This document shows positions 12,512 through 26,607 of a DNA stretch of 64,000 nucleotides, piece after piece. The notes under the pieces are model-generated. The model did not search any database. It had not been told where the DNA came from and worked only from the letters and a program-made list of their open reading frames with translations. Origin of the DNA: Eledone cirrhosa (Eukaryota); NCBI GenBank assembly GCA_964016885.1, contig CAXHJY010000624.1, positions 4,220 through 68,219 of the forward strand, written 5' to 3'. Made by a program: the position numbers and the translations under genes. How positions within the stretch are numbered: position 1 is the first letter of the stretch; each line of letters starts with the position of its first letter.

Positions 12512-13718
12512 ACGTCAACACCGTCAACACCGTCATCGCTGTCAACACCGTCAACACCGTCATGGCCGTCAACACCGTCAACACCGTCATCGCTGTCAAC
12601 ACCGTCAACACCGTCATGGCCGTCAACACCGTCATCACCGTCATGGCCGTCAACACCGTCATCACCGTCATGGCCGTCAACACCGTCATCACCGTCATGG
12701 CCGTCAACACCGTCACCACTGTCATGGCCGTCATCGTTGTCGTCATCACAGTTATCGCTGTTATCATCATCGTCGTCGTCGTCGTCGTCGTTTTCATCAT
12801 TGTCGTCACCGTCATCACCATTTTCGTCAACATCATTGTCGTCGTCACACTGCCATTGCTATTGTCGTCATCATCGTCATCGTCATCATCATCATCGTCG
12901 TCATTATCCTTATTACCGTCAATATCAGTATGATTCTCATCATCATCATCACCACCACCAGCATCATCATCTCCACTACCATCACCACCACTACCCCCAT
13001 CATCATCACCACCACCACCATCACCACCACCAGCATCATCATCTCCACTACCATCACCACCACTACCCCCATCATCATCATCACCACCACCACCACCATC
13101 ACCACCACCAGCATCATCATCTTCACTACCATCACCACCATCATCATCTTCACTACCATCACCACCACTACCCCCATCATCATCACCACCACCACCATCA
13201 CCACCACCAGCATCATCATCTCCACTACCATCACCACCACTACCCCCATCATCATCACCACCACCACCATCACCACCACCAGCATCATCATCTTCACTAC
13301 CATCACCACCACTACCCCCATCATCACCACCACCACCACCATCACCACCACCAGCATCATCATCTTCACTACCATCACCACCACTACCCCCATCATCATC
13401 ACCACCATCACCATCATCTTCACTACCATCACCACCACTACCCTCATCATCATCACCACCACCACCATCACCACCACCACCATCACCACCCCCATCATCA
13501 TCACCACCACCACCACCACTACCATCACCACCCCCACCACCACCACCATTATCTTCACTACCATCACCACCATCATCATCATCTCCACTACCATCACCAC
13601 CACTACCCCCACCATCACCATCACCACTATCACCACCACCACCAGCATCATCATCTTCACTACCATCACCACCATCATCATCATCTTCACTACCATCACC
13701 ACCACTACCCCCACCATC

Positions 13719-13752
<34 letters not shown>

Positions 13753-13756
13753 CCAT
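12512..13756. repeat. 9/27-bp CGTCAACAC repeat followed by a higher-order CAC/CAT trinucleotide array
   Basis: Direct inspection; this is the source of the poly-His/Thr/Gly ORFs. Confidence 0.9.
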
Positions 13757-13799
13757 TCGACTGCACTAGCCGACGGTCACAATCCCCGTTTCACCCATT

Positions 13800-13965
13800 T
13801 GAACCTTTCAAAATCAGTTGTGGTTCCATGGTTGAATGATTAGCCCCGGTGGACATCGGCGGGATTTGAAAGTCCCTCGGCGGAATGTGCACTCAGAACG
13901 CAAAGTACCGTATCACAGCTTGCAAGATATCCTATTCGACGCTCTAACAATTACGCTAATCCACC
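13800..13965 (-). mobile_element. Diverged SINE fragment
   Basis: CGGCGGGATTTGAA, ACTCAGAACG and GACGCTCTAAC motifs. Confidence 0.5.
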
Positions 13966-14014
13966 TCAATAGACTAATAATTTATTTTATTGACTACATT
14001 AAAAATATCCCAAC

Positions 14015-15880
14015 TTTAGTAATGAAATAATTCATAATTTTAGTGAATCCCTAAAAATTAATTTTGATGCCATCCAGGCCAAAACTAGCTCTGGGTTCTA
14101 AGAAGCGAAGCCCTTCCCTTCTAAAAAAGAACCATATGTTATGCTACTACTTTAGAATTGAAAAAGTAATTTTAGTAAATCCCTAAAAAAAATATAAATT
14201 AACTATTTTCATTTGATGCCATCCAGGCCAAAACTATCTCTGGGTTCTAGGAAACAAAACCCTTCTATTCTAAAGAAGAACCTTATGTTAAGTTACTATT
14301 TTAGTCATGAAATAATTATTAATTAACTATTTTCATTTGATGCCATCCAGGCCAAAACTATCTCTGGGTTCTAGGAAACAAAACCCTTCTATTCTAAAGA
14401 AGAACCTTATGTTAAGTTACTATTTTAGTCATGAAATAATTATTAATTAACTATTTTTATTTGATGCCATCCAGACCAAAACTATCTCTGGGTTCTAGGA
14501 AACAAAACCCTTCTATTCTAAAGAAGAACCTTATGTTAAGTTACTATTTTAGTCATGAAATAATTATTAATTAACTATTTTCATTTGATGCCATCCAGGC
14601 CAAAACTAACTGTGGGTTCTTGGAAACGAAAGCTCTGGTTTAAAAAAAAGAACCATAAGTTAAGTTACTACTTTAGTAATGAAATAATTGATCATTTTAG
14701 TGAATCCCTAAAATTTATTAATTAATCATTTTGATTTGAGGCCAAAACTAGCTCTGGGTTCTAGGAAACAAAACCCCTCGTTTAAAAAAAAAAAAAAAAA
14801 AGAACCCTTTGTTAAGTTACTACTTTAGTAATGAAATAATTAATAATTTTAGTGAATCCCTAAAATTTATTAATTAACCATTTAGATGCTATCCGGATCA
14901 AAACTAGCTCTGGGTTCTAAGAAGCGAAACCCCTCCCTTCTAAAGCACAACATATGTTATGCTACTACTTTAGTAATGAAATAATAATTTTAGTAAATCC
15001 CTAAAAAAATATAAATTAACTATTTGGATTTGATGCCATCCAGATCAAAACTAGCTGAAGGTTCTCGGAAACAAAACTCCCCGTTTAAAAAAAAAAAAGA
15101 ACCCTATGTTAAGTTACTACTTTAGTCATGAAATAATTACTAATTTTAGTGAATCTCTAAAATGTATTAATTAACCATTTAGATACCATCCAGGCCAAAT
15201 CTAGCTCTGGGTTCTAGGAAACATAAACCCTTCCATTCTAAAGAAGAACCCTATGTTAAGTTTAGTAATGAAATAATTACTAATTTTAGTAAATTCCTAA
15301 AATCTATTAATTAATCATTTTGATTTGATGCCATCCAGGCCAAAACTAGCTCTGGGTTCTAGGAAACAAAATCCTACCATTCTAAAGAAGAACCATATGT
15401 TAAGTTACTACTTTAGTAATGAACTAGTTTTAGTAAATCAATAAAAATTCTTAACCATTTTGATATCTCCCAATATAATTTTATAGAAGATCAATATGTT
15501 AAATTACTACTTTAGTAATGAAATATTGGTAAATCTAAAAATCTTGGTAAATCACTTACAATTCTTAACTAATCAATTCTATATCATGCAGGCCAAAACT
15601 AGTTCTGGTTCTATAAAACAAAACAAACTATTTAAAAGGGTTCCTTTTTCAATTAAAATCTAACAATTTTATAAACGAACCATATCTTAGTAATGAAATA
15701 ATTTATATTTAAGTACATCGCTCAATTTTTAGCCCATTTTATACATAACAGGACAAACCAACTATTTAAAAGGGTTCGTATTTCAATTAAAATCGTCTAC
15801 CATAAATTCATATAAGAACCATATGTTACATTGCTATCTTAGTAATAAAATAATTTATAATCTTAGTAAACCTCAGAATT
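14015..15880. repeat. About 148/124-bp AT-rich tandem repeat
   Basis: GATGCCATCCAGGCCAAAACT anchors at 14066, 14215, 14339, 14463, 14587, about 14738, 14885, 15032, 15182 and 15327, then decaying. Confidence 0.9.
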
Positions 15881-16096
15881 GTTCCTTAATTATTTGACAT
15901 AGCGTATGTTTCGTTAAAAATATGGCCAGGAAAGTGTTAAGAAAATGGTAAATATGTAAATATTTCCACAGTCATTAATAAAACAAATGATATTGATGAA
16001 GCGGAAAAATTGTGTGGAAATATCAAAGGTTTATCTTGTCTGGTTTAACCAGTAATATACTGACACGTGTGTATAATATTGCACACACACAGAGAG

Positions 16097-16165
<69 letters not shown>

Positions 16166-16250
16166 AACTCTTTTCCTACTATGTCAAGCGTTAAACTAAT
16201 ATATCAGTGTACTGTATCGTTTTACCGTGTTGTTTTTCCTTGTTGACTTT

Positions 16251-16281
<31 letters not shown>

Positions 16282-16285
<4 letters not shown>

Positions 16286-16457
16286 AAAAGAGTCAGGACC
16301 CCGACGGCTGAGCTCCGGTCGTTTCGACAGCTAGATCCGAATGTTCGGAACTAGCTGTTGAAAGACTCTTTTCCTATTACCCACTCTATCACCCTAAGTA
16401 TCGAGTACTCTGGTGCGTTATGGTCCAGCTGGTTTCTTACCACACTTTCTTTGTTTT
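16282..16457. mobile_element. Family D fold-back element (second helix-II subfamily, internal deletion in right arm)
   Basis: AGGAAAAGAGTC...GACAGCTAGATCCGAA-TG-TTCGGAACTAGCTGTTGAAA-GACTCTTTTCCT, followed by the shared tail. Confidence 0.65.
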
Positions 16458-16592
16458 ATATAATATATATACACACACACACTCACACAATATATTGTAC
16501 CGATTGTGTTGTTATTTCTTTTATATATATATATAAGAATGAAAAAGTTCTAGTACCTTACTGTGGTTACCCCCGATTGAACCCGGGATATA

Positions 16593-16636
<44 letters not shown>

Positions 16637-16764
16637 AAGTTATATTTAAAATTGTTGGGTTACAACTAGTAAATATTTATAACTGATATAAAAGCACTCG
16701 ACAAATATTTGGAGTATATTTACAATATTAAATAAATGGAAAACTATATTTATAAAACCATATT

Positions 16765-16830
16765 TATTTCATTATATATATTTCGGGGATATCATATTAA
16801 CAATATGCTATGCCTTCATCAGACAAAATA
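16765..16830 (-). ncRNA. Minimal hammerhead ribozyme, family A inverted copy
   Basis: Reverse complement of 616-681 (TCATCAG at 16816-16822 on +). Confidence 0.6.
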
Positions 16831-16917
16831 CAATACTGCTAGAGTAAACCTCTTCAAATGAAGTTGATGTTTATTACGGTATGTCGAATATATTTATCTA
16901 TAAAACTGTTTATATTG

Positions 16918-16983
16918 TATTTTGTCTGATGAAGGCATACCATATTGTTAATATGATATCCCCGAAATATATATAATGAAATA
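16918..16983 (+). ncRNA. Minimal hammerhead ribozyme, family A copy
   Basis: Near-identical to 616-681 (CTGATGA 16926-16932, GAAA 16964-16967). Confidence 0.6.
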
Positions 16984-17021
16984 AATATGGTTTTATAAAT
17001 ATAGTTTTCCATTTATTTAAT

Positions 17022-17090
<69 letters not shown>

Positions 17091-17091
17091 G

Positions 17092-17260
17092 TAGAACACT
17101 GGAAGGTAATATCCGTAGTGGTAGAGAATTCAGTCCATGGGACGAATTGGTAGAAGTAGTAACACAACAGTTAGTTCACCATACCGAGCACAATTGTTTG
17201 AAAACAATTGTTCTCGGTATGGTGAACTAAATGTGTTACCACTTATAAATATATATAACT
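17092..17260. mobile_element. Family C repeat with fold-back
   Basis: Homologous to 1196-1295. Inverted arms about 17159-17199 / 17202-17239 (TTAGTTCACCATACCGAG...CTCGGTATGGTGAACTAA). Confidence 0.5.
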
Positions 17261-17414
17261 GTGAAACTTAACCGGTGGGTTGAGAGGCTGAAGCTTCATG
17301 CCAAAAGACGATTTTCAAACCAGTTTCAAAAGACTTTCAAACAAGTGGTCTTAGGCAAGAATCACCTGGCTCTGGTCTCACACATATATCACTGAAATGT
17401 ATTGAATATATATA

Positions 17415-17617
17415 TAACAAAGAAAGCGAGGTAAGGAACCAGGTGGACCATAACGCACCAGAGTACTCGATACTTAGGGTAGTAGAGTGGGTAATAGGAA
17501 AAGAGTGACGACCCCGAAGGCTGAGCTCCGGCCGTTTCGACAGCTAGATCCGATCTATCTGCGTTCGGATCTAGCTGTCGAAAGGGCCGGAGCTCAGCCG
17601 TCGGGGTCCTCACTCTT
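17415..17617. mobile_element. Family D fold-back element (second subfamily)
   Basis: Arms about 17500-17553 / 17565-17617 around an 11-nt loop; shared tail on the left. Confidence 0.7.
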
Positions 17618-17658
<41 letters not shown>

Positions 17659-17659
17659 T

Positions 17660-17830
17660 TGGGAGCCCCTACATGGACACACTAGAAGAGGAAGACCAAG
17701 GTTAACGTATGTTGATGCCCTAAGGACAAACACTGGTCTGTTGGAGACGCAGGACAAGGCAGCGATAATGAGGGACAGAGACCGCTGGAGAGAACTCGTC
17801 CATGGATCTCGGGAATTTTACCCGCCTTAG
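17660..17830 (+). pseudogene. 5'-truncated RTE-clade LINE, ORF C-terminus
   Basis: WEPLHGHTRRGRPRLTYVDALRTNTGLLETQDKAAIMRDRDRWRELV...* contains the RTE-type RGRP..DR..WR motif. Confidence 0.8.
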
Positions 17831-17849
17831 AATAGAAATATATATATAT

Positions 17850-17895
<46 letters not shown>

Positions 17896-18041
17896 ATTGA
17901 GCATATGCATATATGAGAGAGAGAGAGACATTGAGCATATATGAGAGAGAGAAAGCGATATAGAGAATGTTTGATAAACTAGGCACACACATACACCTAT
18001 ATATATATAGTTTGAATAACTATATGTTGTAGTTGATTGAT

Positions 18042-18079
<38 letters not shown>

Positions 18080-18829
18080 TGTTGTTGTTGCTAGTAACCG
18101 AGATTATTTTTACTTTTATTCTTACAGCACAGCATTCCATCCTCCGCCCCTATATTTTCTTTTTTCATTTTTCATTTTGAACCGTTATTCTCCCCGTTTC
18201 TCGTTATGTTCGCTCATAAATCGGCCATTTTAACAATGTCTCCCATTGTGCTGTTGCAGTGTAGAGGTAAACTGCTTTCATTGTACTGCAGGTAACTGCA
18301 TCTAGCTGGTGCACAATCAACAGCACAACAGCACAACACTAAAACACGAAAACGCCACAGCCATACTTGTAAGAGGAACTACGCTGTTCCGGTTTCCCGG
18401 CTGGAACACACCAGTGGTCCGTGTTTACGGAACAGTCACGGTTGGTATGTCACAGCAGGTGGGTAAGAGTAGGTGTGTAGATGAGTGTGTGTGTGTGGGG
18501 GGGGGGGGCTTGTTGGAGACGTGGAATGGAACGGCGGAGTAGTGGAATGGAACGGCGGAGTAGTGGAGTGGAGTGGAAGGGAGGTGCATTCCACAACATA
18601 TTTTCTCTTTCAGCCTCACTCACTCTCTCTCTCTCTGTCTCAGTCTCTCTATTTCTCCCCGTCTCTCACTCCCTCTCTCTCTGTCTGTCTTTCATTCTCC
18701 TTCTCTGCCACAGTCTCTCTCTGTCACTCATTCTCGCTCTCTGCCACAGTCTTTCTCTCTGTGTCTCGTTCTTCCTCTGCCACACTCTCTCTCTCTCTCT
18801 CTCTCAATATATCTCTGTCACAATCTCTC

Positions 18830-20445
18830 TCATTCAATAACTCTCTCGCTCGCTTTCTCTGTCCCAGTCTCTCTCTTTATCTGTCCCACTCTCTTTCTCA
18901 CTGTCCCAGCCTCTCTCACTCTCTGCCACAGTCTCTCTCTCTCACTCACTCAATATCTCTCTCATTCAATAACTCTCTCTATCGCTTTGTCGCTCTCTTT
19001 CTCTGTCCCACTCTCTTTCTCTCTGTCCCAGCCTCTCTCACTCTCTGCCACAGTCTCTCTCTCTCACTCACTCAATATCTCTCTCATTCAATAACTCTCT
19101 CTATCGCTTTGTCGCTCTCTTTCTCTGTCCCACTCTCTTTCTCTCTGTCCCAGCCTCTCTCACTCTCTGCCACAGTCTCTCTCTCTCACTCACTCAATAT
19201 CTCTCTCATTCAATAACTCTCTCTATCGCTTTGTCGCTCTCTTTCTCTGTCCCACTCTCTTTCTCTCTGTCCCAGCCTCTCTCACTCTCTGCCACAGTCT
19301 CTCTCTCTCACTCACTCAATATCTCTCTCATTCAATAACTCTCTCTATCGCTTTGTCGCTCTCTTTCTCTGTCCCACTCTCTTTCTCTCTGTCCCAGCCT
19401 CTCTCACTCTCTGCAACAGTCTCTCTCTCTCACTCACTCAATATCTCTCTCATTCAATAACTCTCTCTATCGCTTTGTCGTTCTCTTTATCTGTCCCACT
19501 CTCTTTCTCTCTGTCCCAGCCTCTCTCACTCTCTGCCACAGTCTCTCTCTCTCACTCACTCAATATCTCTCTCATTCAATAACTCTCTCTATCGCTTTGT
19601 CGCTCTCTTTCTCTGTCCCACTCTCTTTCTCTCTGTCCCAGCCTCTCTCACTCTCTGCCACAGTCTCTCTCTCTCACTCACTCAATATCTCTCTCATTCA
19701 ATAACTCTCTCTATCGCTTTGTCGCTCTCTTTCTCTGTCCCACTCCCTTTCTCTCTGTCCCAGCCTCTCTCACTCTCTGCCACAGTCTCTCTCTCTCACT
19801 CACTCAATATCTCTCTCATTCAATAACTCTCTCTATCGCTTTGTCGCTCTCTTTCTCTGTCCCACTCTCTTTCTCTCTGTCCCAGCCTCTCTCACTCTCT
19901 GCCACAGTCTCTCTCTCTCTCACTCACTCAATATCTCTCTCATTCAATAACTCTCTCTATCGCTTTGTCGCTCTCTTTCTCTGTCCCACTCTCTTTCTCT
20001 CTGTCCCAGCCTCTCTCACTCTCTGTCACAGTCTCTCTCTCTCACTCACTCAATATCTCTCTCATTCAATAACTCTCTCTATCGCTTTGTCGCTCTCTTT
20101 CTCTGTCCCACTCTCTTTCTCTCTGTCCCAGCCTCTCTCACTCTCTGCCACAGTCTCTCTCTCTCACTCACTCAATATCTCTCTCATTCAATAACTCTCT
20201 CTATCGCTTTGTCGCTCTCTTTCTCTGTCCCACTCTCTTTCTCTCTGTCCCAGCCTCTCTCACTCTCTGTCACAGTCTCTCTCTCTCACTCACTCAATAT
20301 CTCTCTCATTCAATAACTCTCTCTATCGCTTTGTCGCTCTCTTTCTCTGTCCCACTCTCTTTCTCTCTGTCCCAGCCTCTCTCACTCTCTGTCCCAGCCT
20401 CTCTCACTCTCTGTCCCAGCCTCTCTCACTCTCTGTCACAGTCTC
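18830..20445. repeat. 122-bp CT-rich tandem repeat (about 12-13 copies)
   Basis: CATTCAATAACTCTC recurs at 18963, 19085, 19207, 19329 and onward to 20307; units near-identical. Confidence 0.92.
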
Positions 20446-20474
20446 TCTACGTACTATTGCATTTGCCACCACCA

Positions 20475-20645
20475 CTAACACTACCATCATAACACTACCA
20501 CCAACACTACCATCATAACACTACCACCAACACTACCATCATAACACTACCACCAACACTACCATCATAACACTACCACCAACACTACCATCATAACACT
20601 ACCACCAACACTACCATCATAACACTACCACCAACACTACCAACA
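20475..20645. repeat. 26-bp tandem repeat AACACTACCATCATAACACTACCACC
   Basis: About 6 direct copies. Confidence 0.85.
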
Positions 20646-20832
20646 ACTATAACATTAACAACAGCAACATTCATAACAACAACAACAACTGTAAGAGGAA
20701 AGGTGAGATAAGAGGCGTTGTGAGAGGAATGACAGGAAGGAAGTAATGAAATATGAATGAATGAAGAGATCGATGAATAGAAATCACATACACTAAATAT
20801 ATTGAAATATTAGTGTATATATATATTTACCC

Positions 20833-20871
<39 letters not shown>

Positions 20872-20913
20872 ACAATATATATATATATATATATATATAT
20901 ACATTTACCCACA

Positions 20914-20944
<31 letters not shown>

Positions 20945-20954
20945 ATATTAATAT

Positions 20955-20986
<32 letters not shown>

Positions 20987-21215
20987 ATATACAATATATT
21001 AATATTATATATATATTAATATTATATATATATATATACAATATATTAATATTATATATATATTAATATTATATATATATATATACAATATATTAATATT
21101 ATATATATATTAATATTATATATATATATATTATATATATAATATATATAATATATTAATATTATATATATATAATATTAATATATTATATATATATATA
21201 TATATATACAATATA

Positions 21216-21258
<43 letters not shown>

Positions 21259-21277
21259 ATATACAATATATTAATAT

Positions 21278-21309
<32 letters not shown>

Positions 21310-21820
21310 ATATACAATATATTAATATTATATATATATTAATATTATATATATATATATTATATATATAATATATATAATATATTAATATTATATATAT
21401 ATAATATTAATATATTATATATATATATATATAATATATTAATATTATATATATATATATATATAATATTAATATATTATATATATATATATATAATATA
21501 TTAATATTATATATATATAATATTAATATATTATATATATATATAATATATTAATATTATATATATATATATATATATCTGTGTGTGTGTGTTTATTTCC
21601 ATTGGCATTATATATACATCAATACACATATATATAAACACACATATATAGCATCTACATATATCTCTCACTATCACACACACATCACACATCACACATA
21701 TATATATATACACACATATATAGCATCTACATATATCTCTCACTATGACACACACACACACACATCACACATATATATATACACACACATATATAGCATC
21801 TACATATATCTCTCACTATG

Positions 21821-21853
<33 letters not shown>

Positions 21854-21893
21854 CATATGAGAGAGAGTAAGCTACATTTTGTGTTTGTGTATG

Positions 21894-21930
<37 letters not shown>

Positions 21931-22178
21931 AAGCATGTATGTGTGTTGTGTGTACAATGAAGGGCCAGATTAATATTATGGGGGTAGCTTTAAATATCCG
22001 GTTGTATATAAAACCTTCTACAAGCCATTTGAACAATGGCTGCCAACCCACCTACTTCCTGCTACTACATAAATACATATACCTCCACACACACATACAC
22101 TATATATATATATATATATACCTATATACACATATACTATGTATATATATATATATATATATATACCTATACACACAC

Positions 22179-22217
<39 letters not shown>

Positions 22218-22392
22218 GTACACATACATATACTATGTGTATATATATATATATATATATACCTATACACACACATATATGTATATATATATATACCGTA
22301 CACACACATATACTATGTGTATATATATATATACCTATACACACACATATACTATGTATACATATATATATATACCTATACACACACATATA

Positions 22393-22440
<48 letters not shown>

Positions 22441-22987
22441 ATAGATATTTACAAACACACATATATACATACACACACACATATACTATGTATATGTATA
22501 CATATACACATACACACAATGTAAATATATATATATATATATATACCTATATATATATATACATATATATATACATACCTATACACATATTTACAAACAT
22601 ATATATATATACATATACACACATACACTATGTATCTATATATACATAATATCTATACATTATGTGTATATAAATATATATATATATATATACATACCTA
22701 TACATTATGTATATATATATATATACGTATACACACACATACACTATATATTTATGTACATACCTATACACGCACAGTATATATATACATATAAACATAC
22801 CTACACACACACACACATATATATATATACATGTACATACATATATGCACACATGTATATTTTTATATTGTGAGTGTATGTGTGTGTGTGTAGACAAATG
22901 ACGTACATATATACATATGTGTGTACACGTTTATGGATATTTGAAAATGTCTACCGAAAAATGTATGAGCTCTTATGAATCTACGTC

Positions 22988-23029
<42 letters not shown>

Positions 23030-23114
23030 TATATTTGTGTTATATTTGTATATGATATACATATGTATATATATATCTATATATACATATATGCATATGT
23101 ATACACACACACAC

Positions 23115-23149
<35 letters not shown>

Positions 23150-23462
23150 AATACACATACTTTTTATATATATATACATACATAAACACACGCATACATT
23201 ATGTATATGTATAGTGTATGTATGTCTGTGTGTGTTTGTATTGGGTAGGTAGGTAGGTAGGTAGGTAGGTAAGTAGGCGTTAGACCATGTCTGAGGTAGG
23301 GTGGAATGTCAGTCAAAAATAAACCAAACGTAGCAAGAATTCCAACTTCCGACTCCAGTCTTTGGCAATATCGTAACATGGGTGAACATGCCATTTTGTG
23401 TCTGTATGTTGGTGTATGTATACATATATATATATATATACACACACACATATGTACATATA

Positions 23463-23504
<42 letters not shown>

Positions 23505-23684
23505 TTGATATATATATATACATATACATATATACACTTAATATATATATGATATATATATATACATAAATATATACATGATATATATATGATATATATA
23601 CATATACATGTACATGATATATATATGATATATATACATATACATATATATGTACATGATATATATATATATATATATATATAT

Positions 23685-24327
23685 GGTGGCTGCCAACTCG
23701 TTTTCGAGTACGGCCACTACTTTATATCCATGTAGGAGAACCCCTACAGATGCGCTGAACGAGTGTGACTTTTTAGTCCAGCCAGCGACTTGAAAACTCT
23801 GGTACAGACACTACACTTGTGACAATTATTGACACATAGTGCTGGGCCAATGGTAACATGTGATGACAAGTGCAGAGAGATCTCCAGATATAAAGCAATG
23901 CCTGTGCCGTGAAGCTTTTATAGTGAGCAAAGGCACTGCACAAAGCCAGTCCCACTCTCTTAACCAAGATGATATTTACCAAAAAGAAGAACAAGTCAAC
24001 ATCATTGGATACCATCAGGGTTGCAGGTGTTATATCAGAGTTTTCCTTCTCCTAGAATTCTGCCTTGACAAAGGCTAAGGGGTCATCTCTCCCGGTGATT
24101 TTGGATGGCCATTGACTCTTACGAGCTCCTTTGCCCTTTGACAGGTTTTGTTTTTAGTCCTGCAGGATGTCCAAAGCCACCCTCCTCACCAAGAAACCTT
24201 GGTGGGGTTGCCAGTTTAGTCGCCAACGACCCGACCATGAGACAGGTTGTACTGGGATACATGTTACCAGTAGCACCAACTGGTGACCATACAAGTGTAT
24301 ATATGTATATGTATATATATATATCAA

Positions 24328-24369
<42 letters not shown>

Positions 24370-24416
24370 TATATGTACATGTACAACTGGTGACCAGTAG
24401 CACCAACTGGTGACCT

Positions 24417-24420
<4 letters not shown>
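23685..24420 (-). mobile_element. Bipartite RTE-derived non-autonomous retroelement, copy 2, with rearranged 5' junction
   Basis: Intact C2H2 motif CSVCTRVFKSLAGLKSHTRSAHL* at 23744-23815; 5' terminus repeated at 24384-24420. Confidence 0.75.
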
Positions 24421-24454
<34 letters not shown>

Positions 24455-24801
24455 CATATATATATACACTTGATATATATATATGATGTATATATATATA
24501 CATATATATACATAAATATATAGATGATATATATATGATATATATACATATACATATATATGTACATGATATATATATATGATGTATATATATATACATA
24601 CATATATATATACACTTGATATATATATATGATGTATATATATATATATACATATATATATATACACATATATACACTTGATATATATATGATGTATATA
24701 TATATACATATATATATATATACATATATATATATACACATATATACACTTGATATATATATGATGTATATATATACATGATATATATATATATATATAT
24801 G

Positions 24802-24832
<31 letters not shown>

Positions 24833-25311
24833 ATATATATATATATATACATATGATATATATATATATATATGATATATATATATATACATATGATATA
24901 TATATATATGATATATATATATATGATATATATATATACGTATGATATATATATATATATGATATATATATATACGTATGATATATATATATATGATATA
25001 TATATATATATACATATGATATATATATATATATCCTGTATATATTTCGAGGTTTAGTGGGTAGGGTTCTCGGTTGATGCTCCTACGTCCCTGGGTTCGA
25101 TTCCACGTGATCCTTTGTGTCTTTGAGCAAGACCCTTTATTTCATGTTGTTGTTGGGTTAGCTGGCAAAAAGGAGTTGTAATCTCCCTGAGAACTTCGAT
25201 AACGGTACATGCATGTGTGGAGTATTTCGTTGTTACCAACATATTGACAATATTCAAGCAATGAATGCTATAGCAGTAATAATTGTTGCTACTTTTGGAA
25301 CAAGGCGGGCG

Positions 25312-25460
25312 GTGAAGGCGTATGGCTCAGTGGTTAGAGCATTGGGCTTGCAATCGAAAGGTTGTGAGTTGAATTCTCGGACAGGGTAATGTGTTGTTTC
25401 CTTGATCAAGACACTTTATTGCACGTTGCTCCAGTTTACTCAGCTGTAGAAATGAGATGA
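25312..25460 (+). mobile_element. SINE family 2
   Basis: A-box TGGCTCAGTGG, degenerate B-box GAGTTGAATTCTC, CORE-like body. A more diverged copy lies at 25053-25150. Confidence 0.75.
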
Positions 25461-25565
25461 TAGGACTGGTGTCCCTATCATTAAATCACCCAAGACACCT
25501 CCAACGAGATATACCTTGGAGGAGACCCGCTAAACCTGCATAGGTGTGAGCTGTCACACACACAC

Positions 25566-25731
25566 ACAAGGCCAGCAATTAACCAGTGCATTACTGGTGC
25601 TTTATTTCATCGACCCCGTAAGGATGAAAGGTAAAGTTAACCTCGGCGGGATTTGAACTCAGATCATAAAGGGACGTAACTATGCTGGAAAGCATGGCGT
25701 CCGACCCTCTACCGATTCTGCCAATCCACCG
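25566..25731 (-). mobile_element. SINE family 1
   Basis: Reverse complement of the family 1 sequence. Confidence 0.85.
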
Positions 25732-25849
25732 AATAATAATAAAATATGTCGATAGTCGATCGACTCTCGTCAAATCGGACCGAGGAAACAATGTTTCCAT
25801 TGGTCTTTTCAATTGCTAATACTATCTATCGGTTGCAACTCCAGGTAGA

Positions 25850-25971
25850 AGGAACAACGTGAAATAAAGTGTCTTGCTCAAGGACATAACGTATCAACAG
25901 GTCCGGGAATCGAACTTACAACCTCACGATTGCGAATCCAGTTCTCTAACCACTCAGCCACACGCCTTCAC
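25850..25971 (-). mobile_element. SINE family 2, inverted
   Basis: Minus strand TGGCTGAGTGG...GTTCGATTCCC...CTTGAGCAAGACACTTTATTTCACG. Confidence 0.75.
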
Positions 25972-26093
25972 ATAAAATAGGTACTAGCCTAAATTACGGT
26001 GTTACTACAGCATGGCCGCAGTCCACTGACTGAAACAAGTAAAAGAATACAAAGGGCCCAGCATATCCCGTAATTTAATTGTTTCTACTTTTG

Positions 26094-26357
26094 GATTTGA
26101 ACTCAGACCGTAAAGGGACGTAACTACGCTGGAAAGCATGTCCGACCCTCTACCGATGCTGCCAATTCATAGCAGTAATAATTGTTTCTACTTTTGGCAC
26201 AAGGCCAGCAAAAACCCAGTGCATTACTGGTATTTTATTTTATCGACCCCGTAAGGATGAAAGGCAAAGTTAACCTTGACGGGATTTGAACTTAGATCGT
26301 AAAGGGACGTAACTACCATGGAAAGCATGTCCGACCCTCTACTGATACTGCCAATTC
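26094..26357 (-). mobile_element. SINE family 1: head fragment (26094-26166) plus full copy (26176-26357)
   Basis: Reverse complement of the family 1 sequence; head duplicated. Confidence 0.8.
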
Positions 26358-26607
26358 ATAGCAATAATAATGATAGACCCATGCGCTCCAACAAACATCT
26401 CGGCTCCCACCCCCTCGCGCTGGATTACTAACTCACCCACCTCCCTCTTCTGATTAACCCCTCTCCTTGTTTTCGTCCCCAACCTTCTAACCTCTTTTTT
26501 TCTAAGCTTTCCTCCTTTCCGATGAAAGCACTAACGTCCGATATGTTGAAATATTTTTTTCCATCAAGACTGTTATTGTATACCTGTGTGCCTCTTGATA
26601 TATATAA

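Larger units (their letters stand above)
16631..17028. mobile_element. PLE-derived element, family A, with inverted pLTR duplication
   Basis: Inverted arms about 16720-16835 and 16913-17028, each containing a hammerhead; flanked by (TA)n. Confidence 0.7.

Noticed and set aside
12449-13843. Poly-His / Thr / Gly-Asp ORFs resembling histidine-rich or biomineral proteins
   Set aside because: Open in several frames on both strands because of CAC/CAT repeats; no signal peptide or splice support.
25312-25400. tRNA gene
   Set aside because: The A/B boxes belong to SINE heads continuing into SINE bodies; no complete cloverleaf.
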